From the NCBI GenBank assembly GCA_945928645.1, contig CAMENR010000002.1, positions 1,048 to 65,047 on the forward strand: a stretch of 64,000 nucleotides of DNA, read 5' to 3'. The position numbers and the translations under genes are program-made. The stretch comes from an uncultured Clostridia bacterium (GTDB taxonomy: Bacteria > Bacillota > Clostridia > Christensenellales > UBA1242). The notes beneath the pieces were generated by a model. That model was not told the DNA's origin. It worked only from the letters and a program-made list of their open reading frames with translations, and did no database searches. Below are positions 62,201 through 64,000 of this stretch, in pieces. The stretch's first letter is position 1, and each line of letters begins with the position of its first letter.

Positions 62201-64000
62201 ATAATTATATCCAAAAGGTAACTATTGATGACGATATTACAGCATACAAGTTTAATGCAGAAGCAACATATTCTGGCAATGTGATTATCCCAACACTCAC
62301 TCTAAGCCTTCTTGTAGGAGATAGTAGCGTAGCATTGCAAAAATGCGCAACAATCAACTCAAATGGGGATTATTATGTAGGGGTTTTGAAAGGTTGCGTA
62401 GATGTAAACTCTGTTAACGTATTATACGTTACGGGGTATGGCAACTTTACTGGCACAGCATATCTTTCATTTGATATTTCTCCTATGGACATTTCGAATG
62501 TTCTTCAAGGAGTAACCATTGCAGATGTAGAATACACTGGATTTGAGGTAAGACTGGAAAATCTGATATTTAAGAATTCAGATGGCAGTGTTGGCTTGAA
62601 AAATAACAATAACAAGTTGTCTTATGGGGTAGACTACTACTTGCAATATTTTGACACATCAGACAAAATAAATGTTGGAACAAAGACCATAGTAATTGCC
62701 GGGGGAAACAACTATTCATCTAGTGGTGAAGTTAGACTAACATTTGATATTATCCAAAGAGATATGTCCCTTTATCCAGAAGAATTTGTGTTCAACTTGA
62801 TTTCAGAAAAGCAATATCAAGGCAAAAACGAATCAACAACTCTTCTTGCCAGCGATTTTGAATTGAAGTTTGTTTGTGGCACCCATCAAGAAACACTAAT
62901 GCTATTTGACAATTTGACAGGACAAGGCAACTTTACGATAAAGAGTTACGCAGACAACACCAACGCAGGTATTGCAACTGTGGTGTTTGAAGCAATCGGG
63001 ACATCAAACTTTAAGGGAAGTGTATCCAAACAATTTGAAATCAGCCCAAAAGATGTTTCGTCAAGTGATGACATTTTGATAGAATTGCCAACTCCAACAC
63101 TAGCGGTTAGCACATTGTATTTGTATAGATACAATATGGGTGATACAAGACCTCAACTTAGCATTTCAGATAATGGGGAAATGTTGACTGCTGGAGAAGA
63201 TTATCAAGTGATATATTCAAATTGTCAAAAGATTTCTCACGATATTTATGGCAATATGATATCTAGCAGTATGCCAACAGCAACAGTGATATTCAAAGGA
63301 AATTATGTAGGTAACCTTTCCAAAACTTATGGAATAGCAAAGATAGCCTTAACAGAAGAAGATGTAAGTTATCAATTCCCAGAACTTATCTATACTGGTA
63401 GCGAAATTAAGATTTCTCCATTGATGATTAAGATGAAACTAAAAGAAACATCTTATAGCAAGGAATATACATTTACAATCAACGATTTTGCACTTGCCAC
63501 AGGGGGATATTTTGAAGCGACTAGCGAGAACATCAATGCTACAAGTCTTGACGGATTGGGCAATTATACTAGTGAAAACAAAGGCAAGATAAAGGTAAGA
63601 TTTACAGGAAGTGCAAGCGATGTGTTTGCAGGAGAGTTTGAGTTGGAGTTTAATATTGCCAGAAGGAATATCTCCGAGGCGACATTTGACCACAACTTCT
63701 TTACTTCCGAAACATACACAGGGACTTACATTGGCAAAGATTATCCAGTAACATTTGCACAACAAACATTGGTGCTAGATAGTGATTATACTCTGTCATA
63801 CATAGACAACAAAAATGTTGGCACAGCAACGGTTAAAGTAGGGGCAGTATCTGGCAGTGGAGCTCACAACTTTACTGGCTCTACAGAGATAACATTTAGC
63901 ATTTTGCCAAAGAATATTTCAAGTGAGGATATTACTTTTGAAATTATTGATTCTCCAACATACAATTATGGCACTGCAATAGAACTTTCTTCAAGCAAAC
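41272..64000 (+). CDS. Giant secreted surface protein, 3'-truncated by the window (at least 7,576 aa): signal peptide, three PMP-type beta-helix blocks, then at least 35 Ig-like (MBG/YGX-type) repeats
   Basis: It lies in the frame where position mod 3 = 1. My hand translations at ~41.3, 42.5, 45.6, 46.2, 47.0, 48.0, 49.6, 50.0, 50.2, 53.4, 54.8, 55.0, 58.0, 59.4 and 63.7-64.0 kb contained no stops. The track reports no plus-strand ORF in this frame across 22.7 kb, as expected if the ORF has no stop inside the window. An AGAGG RBS lies 8 nt before ATG 41272 (ATG 41266 is an alternative). The signal peptide is MKNLSRKFMQGVCSSLLGIVAIMGGIMLSPNFFA. Confidence 0.88.
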   Translation, partial: MKNLSRKFMQGVCSSLLGIVAIMGGIMLSPNFFAYQKSYATIESFQSQGSLLGVTQEEIIFGDGPYDDNTHPLYIETQALVDNGSIALTGDNFYKSTDDNKAYTFVFVSPVTESDTSWGSPFAFDGFTFKASQNFVANGANNTMLTISGLQNVKFRNCSFVGYEKVAGIRFEDCVNISFENCSFVDFGGKTISSTKTGDNSTITFSGENYFANNVSENDSILSFVSADVYFNIKPDKTDFEIPSNTIFEENIANNVIDISSGSITAKNINFANNSGRIFYIDGCFVDLQDIEFSNNYNCVNNVIKITGQQSNLQMSNLSFVNNIIKRQTAGTEVARVISIELSATTTGNLNNINIDNPTTFDNIVVIGNDSNTENSFAVTDCNITGGGRAFSFEKVKNITFSKVEANSCSGNIIAVAGASSLVIKDSNIGWLDTTETNARGIYVSNVASATIDNVTVYNCNIGAEEDGGAIFSENSALVLNNVKLVGNKARNGGAIAVNGGSVTLSNSVLESNGAFAGAEESDLSGYGGAIYVNTATLKITATTNDAGDVNEDEKIIFKNNSAVNGGAIYLTQEAEFTQNEINGYICPIIFESNTSSKNGGAIYSKTTLNIKDASFVGGGSGGNGGALYIDSSNNQFKVEECDFQDLYAVNGGAIYVNVANGVEILGGSKGNKFLSCRATGEGVIYIAKAQSVNIENTELSGANITGVASDGVVVIKSKEDSEANAFSCDINVKDLTIKDYTTASKGGVVVDFQGYASAEATFEGIIVSNVCAQEESPLGGAMSFDGNVKATIYDGVFTSNYADNGGVVYANGAEVSMENVEFSSNCTSQSASLNRDINGAILYANNSNIFIKDATISGTVLAVNSSLITLDGVGEVNFDNIEFVNNTCYSQYSTSNDGYGVKISKGIKFSLSNGRFVGNTFAKDILQFADDMTYMISDTLFESNEIKSSTVNGILKVTNSNNIIQNCVFRDNAVNGDCAGIFISGKGYSYTIAGCEFESCKGASGSAVRVDSRDTDVKLTLDGCVFINNTSSDGAVYSTKELTVKNCQFVNNTSTANAGAIRAEVLTVISSTFQGNTASGNGGAIFISSSSSQALKILDDKTKFSGNMASKGGAIYISKNTGAILSGCCFVGNQAIYEGGAIYNLGSLVAEGVSFSKNICTSEEDSRGGTIFSQGNLSLSDIENFVGDNTKTISYGGAIYLTSESLTKYSFYINNVKFGDFKANNGGVLYMNDGYLKLNNCSFGSTVDNIANSAISKGGVLYINCANSSVDVFDCQFQNATATNGAFVYTEGSSSSDIITFNSTTFSDATGTALYLVGGKVYLHDVEVSSSSEANIILNGAYLYLSGLINIYDDGEGKTNVKHENGYIFLIGPLSKGSKIGLSADTDKRVVQALSQNKYYMNAGDVQCFVPDSNSNIALSYSFTKGVETGAISATVISNTTTTIIVSDFNDSVNFFEGNIEELPYSLVQVYKNGTKLDYTLSDSGCKFGERITYEFVSYDDKTHLSEKDFPTDKVKGSAGSYYIVNVIVEQDTNKRTEIESVIKLTAEGQLTIEKLPQVDDLFVGHTLDTAHLTQGRAEFGGNSIAGTFSWKDGTKTARTTAGYQLLTVVFTPTNTSLFAPVEFEMLVKVNGYDQLTYKAGGFFRGETNVGTSLSDIISKMSDGGVIYLEKTIENESISVDNKTVKFVRANGFNEVMFKNSTLGSKNMTGKIIIDGAGDSFVTGEANPNPENIILVDSGSRAIYSGVTIQNHNGSDSAVAVKAGATLTIYGGEILDSITTGNGGGLSVMETSTVVIYDIFIKNCSATLGGGLYVDSDANVTIYDAEIVECSAQNGGGLYCVGDKIIISNINIVSNKAIQDNAIVDSGLGGGAYFGQVPKIYQAEIKYNSAELGGGIYLASCETQFGLGRVGAIAVYGNTAEENGGGIYAKTSFVANGLSISQNIAKSSGSMGGGLYVELNEQDTTKQSLLTNCELVGNIVNAGNGAAIYAYDIVLNNVQVVNNGIENCSATILGGAIYTAKRLSLLSSYVSSNYAQGSAGNIEVRSAGLSGFNIKDSELYVSNSVLSNNNIYNLSGGTISTNSGSQIWMDAGQLVGGIISISDSLIEVNNNEEVAINYSQQTTEDLTSVTNSKVNIILSGKVQILGKLSVVRNSDNAESESNLTLKNLSADSTVNLALDKVTNGTIIATIIGNTLTVDNYTNIFVSLGKKFNLQSGDTTTLVVGNENASYTTTEINKPEVFNRSDRNYKLSRVKINPVNTYATDGLVMYEVYENVVVKVTDVIADINYGNLGARKLAVLFVNRGTLIIDNLTLTAGSRAGYYAIKNYGTMIISASELISASIYNEGYIEINNGTTIRNTSICPAISNYGKVVINAGSFHGNTSGVIENLGEDAYVEINDGIFYNNASNGSVVDLQYGSAVINGGTFEHNVVQSDGTVASIGGAIKVDRGTTLQVFGGTFESNSACFGSVIYSEGNVEVYDGLFVSNFTYSTGDFNGIGGAIFAKNSNVAIYGGMFEGNKGLAGGVIGAYNAKVDIYEGAKFAENYLSNTGNQCYSLGEVDFLKIKPFGAVLYAGGTSEINIFGGDFVQNGNGYGGGTIYVDSCVLKISGGYFYKNNMETGGGLYLAGSSQTTITDGVFSNNDASSADGCAIYNYGASLNLLGGVIYNHNSSANILSLSGTTTIAGNVKIYNNTSNNNIISVTGTLVMSDGIISGNSADKCIVYISEETSSAVVEISGGQITGNRSKKGAVGGGTDKLTIKDTPYIFNNTNDSETSSLNVNVKCDNIIKKAYPIRLDGDLLAGSTVGISAQELATSTNYDYVKVVAGVSSIGSSSIDTKNLQYFSSDDNRYSVFASSHIVDGNLFSKDDNPTMGENSHFMLGHSTKQIDTNKIEYVASDYYGQYDGAYHSISLDFMDSNDANKYDISYYQSSTSNLTNEALDNVIWTSSYEPVLSGKSYVYFRFSLKTDSSKKSSVDCRSIVIGAKEVEVLEAPTLQTTIYYNAQEPLSKSYLDTWLVGGKVVDKDNHSITIGGKFEWGESSTLFNTIGINKCTVRFVPDENTYSAYSSITYTIDVFVYAENLYYNGEFYVDDTFTTRLGDKNVISPDNKNSSGEPIYYHQNMESAFGALANGGKIYVNATYEVNTSNTIWSRGSDRIIITRFAGFSEAIVKVTGENSSLNISGEITIDGGAVWTINTSNPNYNNPYYLNSFDRAYNSGIKATSSMIEVGDKASLTVEEGVILENAENINNGGAITNNGTTSISNSTIQKNMARNGGAIVNNGTLSISGNTRIQYNLANIATKIAGDRYGYGGAIFQEEVETAKFAITKSILSYNKSQIYGGAIAVLSGSVQFDASQSGDETQISNNMSSSATAIYSCSMIKVVGLKLSNNNLISGATGNNISIILAGTGEMMTLNNGKTSDSAEGNFPAIEINGQVVLVSAPTSTEAEYLDPYIRQKSMVSDKSSMTVYLTTKGESDRLVVVSDIGKVLVVVENGANENVYKAYTGNKIAVITTHKEVSDIYAPKDPVTNEPTVDTSTWKLVENGGEVEILILKSKEVTLPTSNENNQSSDVVTENEWVRITTTYGNTYSANIDSADLRKISYVEKGEKEQRFDYAGQAIKEFRYVDNVGFGLNLNTQVRIGRNIYAWWTLATPIFDVKGYVLDEQGNQVGEEFNATDGYSVPYGNMIKLKVNIQNKNDNNINEEDNYNYSYQWVYYNASNTQIDFKNPTLSGHPDELVIKHAFSGRIGVLVTVTGKGANDESVETRSNTISIDNIKITQAQIELSLKDKNFTYAHHDINPIYNDGIAKTVTGDSEYNLWISKINGNISDGTESLMLPYGENLYTHIQPIGTVKDKEYKTNINALNSGDYLVDIGAEIAASGEVGKTDSDNYDYFGNFDYQLINNLDREWRITQLNISVQKWVYAQQIGESLFRIVGDYTNAIQNISGYTFVVLPVFDNIGEDNIRFKLTTKHLGEEVSEDIVIKYNGYANGDVIVLEDITNSTPKLSSIGYVGDIGTFRTTISQVNDYTNESDIGEGNQNYSCVDIEKNWAITRTQAVVSDWIIGYIGESSTNYQYTYLDGEENNKIIQVNNTYFDSETNSMVVSDDFFYRDGGKLAVGATFINCANGTGGAVREGLKVTLSVNGRLNNGAVLEQIFTYAVSSNNAGVLDSERKSYIELFNPNVADSVTQAGIYTITINFVSEESDFDMASAYSYTLTVVVNRQVLQVEDKWVGNWGSLLNVYDGLQKTMTIENAVGYIYRTYSAVEDVESEEGYHTDVRYYIDNGYASIEKVVNADVYITYATLPTELSYNYRLDKEYNIWTVYPRTLNVDTSNSNMQWTGTLQTYRPNISNVLIIDSIESIIDFSEGFVAVDINETDEVGYSGVMTITSTNYTFGSDGIYEMEKTVNWHIVRKQLSVKWNFYSDGVMDPTIYESSGETVAVSQEYSGKTFYPVVVLDGFVTVDGVTYNNVSASASYFRQGETSALDGTFIKNASRYYAFVGDSLTSEHAIYYSLPADVSNKRITWEITQKEVTIEWAETPIEYNGNTIIYSATIPQEQLRGDDRVGDFELVYGGIYSARDVGNYIATATIVKKGGGITNYVVSNDSKQGQWSIKAKEISLQFTTGNSFTYDGKAHINSAEFSSALFAGDIVKIVPKYYNGYNASGEPILDGVNIINVGKYSAKFELYNNDNTPCTNYIVKDSDISNWDIVQLKLQLDWFDRDDVKVTSVANYQKNYNSNGSTAYYVYYSIANSESFTFDGREQVTVKFGEVGTSNNRTITIGLLNELRSSTEFINSSYFINAGTYFIEIMSIADSGGKSNFAMPDNKRFTVTVNPAQIVITKILDDNNNYSEDDWCVARFYNEGGSTVPPQYDGTEKTAYVKLRDLSGKELTINVDFKVENNKKTNAGSYDATVTLINGNYALGSLLVVDGKETFQQQVSVKVRWSIKAKPVTFVWPEKTEFEFTGADITINVQEIQGIVTRDGVKDSVGVASYYRDGNTTNIARDILTEGYYTARVKELNNSNYTVEGSTNSIVNWRIVKRKLIVNWTPNNSNTIVDKTEEIWSVQYANTPRYFVPTFSNLIAGIDSPTLTLEYSFRNGSVYEKVQSGNIINVGSYRCSVAIGDNDYYLLEDTLGVGYLEWKISRKSVRANWSNLSLMYCATALRPTLSLTGVYGNSIDTSSVSLIFYDSSNRPLSGDPIYVGVYGVQVNKEAFENINSNYQILDEDNAIVSWQITKRSVSFTSYKNNGASMVYDGNAHYYFGANKDGDAGLDLISKSASMTDSQYSAILSDMNSNLFLVPVISYVDNDGNMHIVADDFTIDAGSSESEIRANIIGIYNRCINAGIYTLSFRLYDKQGVSNNYVLAIPQDRYNWTISRKVAEFNWSGDGEGWNTDSAGVWYVVYDKQQHSFSATVSNKKEGDDVSIASYTDSTATNAGNYTARVTSLRGTSANNYQIDSTKAYQLWTIAKRAVEISWNKGVLIETTGGFSATYSGEEIAFIPSLNVMEGDNVSVKTTLTLTSSGATVDRAVNAGSYKITIVDLEGDLSKNNYTLDSVVTSERSRTWTIKPKEITIQFPFGSFTIDEGSRSIKTTYTGADISFSVSFNDVVEKDKNYLLPHYNYSYVTDNLDATSQIIVESRESNSYVLLKNVNENNEVWQSVVITLVSPDNPVIAGNYTLREGEGSCKFVVMKKTISITGWKIGENIYTDGEPIANAYTFDGTLKNPAPVVSGLSSEISSPLTYSYKYSKEETFLNVDSAYWQIIEDDDVNQYLTHAGKFMITAKLNGKLAENNYSLDTSSINTFRYETSKYTPTITVVPLKMGDLKVGATAEDKTTKVLVVVNSANKTLDVGQDNTFVYPSGTVTLKNGDKVLNNQTLSTKSALSDGSFDGYKVYDLFNLLVVNDTDDKNLMFAVFSYTEEADAQYHPTITYNPDIFSTTNYYDYASVTNMTVDSNDFIPKNKAQTDPLAMYYAVGSGDTISYHKVSDNLPLKNESGGALVYGDKITLYVLGGVLLDENTFGVKLHGRDSAITTSLTSGETTKEANGIVCSISVVKMETNDAFYTYYVNYYNSLTESEKAKVANIGNGGYVKVEVTLLSTGTTYIMGYKQGGNQTDDKGTTSYNEATSPKAKIVVEKKTVLLHTPDAKINYGDNNIQFIKEGSAIPYNYYSVNSGKTSYPSSALGTEGDWTGVDIFDGSGVLEGDKSELEGFITPVVNNISSLNPGKNAGIVTISFVHDNYNITSDTGAVWVLSQMVGTEDVKVQFKYKYVYDTTEKVIADSDIIVYVKGKLFTDYHIMRMEDTTNAGTGKIYVAIGVDTNGIPKDSAYTSGVNGPDPISFEKTFTIEALNLDQTTYKQLGTTGLYYGVMNKTLVFDEYLTSEETYNGSAIEKNLSSRIYIQNSTNTNYIDLGNLTASHNSNTNAGTATLTITGKNNLTGRIVLTFKIKPKTIDTSYIGEYELTLSGETSTGNQFVYNGGAIKPVISFIKLNNPSKTLTFDANYTYLKGDQTAISDYGGNPVNVGSYCIRVNITGDYPNQNYTGTVYLAYNIVKMSIENNNLVTIDVNDSSLVYTGYNLSPSIAIKRNGKTYVDGSFVWQNNIDISSDFNFTYNATHANAGSHEVVISAKDGTNFSGSVTKIFTIKQRSLADVSFEIESQTFTGTKITPIRDDITATLNPYILTADDYDYASLGENVNVVYNEHGIPVFSGSITATGKGNFSGSKVVQFVITPLEVTQENNNKFVVTFDSSSFEYSGEEIRPNVEGISFVVGQNSYPLVMADWTSREFGYSNNINVPTNESAKPTISITLSGNFTGTLEKTFEILPKEIKEGLFFVVDQTEDLQDTMTSISPNLSNATYTGAVQNKAVAVYQKFVLEDGSVEYRRITQINTGNNDLPNFKLNYLSRIIDNPIESDYAVNVGSAFVKVTGQNNYTGSIYSFFSIDPLDIQVALDKWIAEGAEASSSGRIKLDNYIQKVTIDDDITAYKFNAEATYSGNVIIPTLTLSLLVGDSSVALQKCATINSNGDYYVGVLKGCVDVNSVNVLYVTGYGNFTGTAYLSFDISPMDISNVLQGVTIADVEYTGFEVRLENLIFKNSDGSVGLKNNNNKLSYGVDYYLQYFDTSDKINVGTKTIVIAGGNNYSSSGEVRLTFDIIQRDMSLYPEEFVFNLISEKQYQGKNESTTLLASDFELKFVCGTHQETLMLFDNLTGQGNFTIKSYADNTNAGIATVVFEAIGTSNFKGSVSKQFEISPKDVSSSDDILIELPTPTLAVSTLYLYRYNMGDTRPQLSISDNGEMLTAGEDYQVIYSNCQKISHDIYGNMISSSMPTATVIFKGNYVGNLSKTYGIAKIALTEEDVSYQFPELIYTGSEIKISPLMIKMKLKETSYSKEYTFTINDFALATGGYFEATSENINATSLDGLGNYTSENKGKIKVRFTGSASDVFAGEFELEFNIARRNISEATFDHNFFTSETYTGTYIGKDYPVTFAQQTLVLDSDYTLSYIDNKNVGTATVKVGAVSGSGAHNFTGSTEITFSILPKNISSEDITFEIIDSPTYNYGTAIELSSSK
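52600..64000 (+). repeat. Tandem divergent Ig-like repeat modules (~90-140 aa each) inside giant gene 2
   Basis: Type I (52.6-60.3 kb) has boundaries W-x-I-x-[KR]-x-x-[LIV]. Examples are WEITQKEVT at 54856, WSIKAKEIS at 55113, WSIKAKPVT at 56115 and WTIKPKEIT at 57982. Its internal motifs are Y[DN]G and [ND][AV]G.Y. Type II (60.3 kb to the window end) has boundaries F-x-I-x-P-x-x-I. Examples are FKIKPKTI at ~60628, FEILPKEI at ~61754 and FSILPKNI at ~63895. Its internal motif is DY.[LV].Y..N.N[AV]GTA.V...G.GNFTGS. Confidence 0.8.

Overview
Low-GC Bacillota-type chromosomal segment using the standard genetic code (TGA acts as a stop). It covers the replication-origin core and then two giant surface-protein genes. 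Left of about 8.1 kb every gene is on the minus strand: a yabQ-like fragment, yabP, gyrA, gyrB and recF. Right of it every gene is on the plus strand: dnaA, dnaN, an orphan 315-aa gene, rpmH, rnpA, yidD, yidC, jag, mnmE, mnmG, rsmG, parA, parB, ftsH, two envelope proteins, lepB, a DegV-family gene and hup. These are followed by a 2,947-aa protein and a protein of at least 7,576 aa, both built from beta-helix repeats, with Ig-like repeats in the larger. The larger gene runs off the window; it is missing from the ORF track apparently only because it has no stop codon here. The most unusual points are: (i) a 0.66-kb head-to-tail array of 6 perfect and at least 6 degenerate parS 16-mers directly 3' of parB; (ii) the dnaA-dnaN cassette is inverted relative to the canonical rpmH|dnaA-dnaN-recF-gyrB-gyrA layout; (iii) the orphan gene right after dnaN ends in QLLLDL, which resembles a clamp-binding motif, and has a DnaA-box-like palindrome in its leader; (iv) long non-coding, compositionally extreme tracts at 5.66-6.93 kb, 11.24-11.56 kb and 23.45-24.4 kb; (v) the two giant PMP-repeat proteins are paralogous and built from a recurring super-module. 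I recognised no tRNA or rRNA genes, CRISPR-cas, transposases or known defence genes. All calls rest on reading the sequence and the translations by eye; no searches were run.
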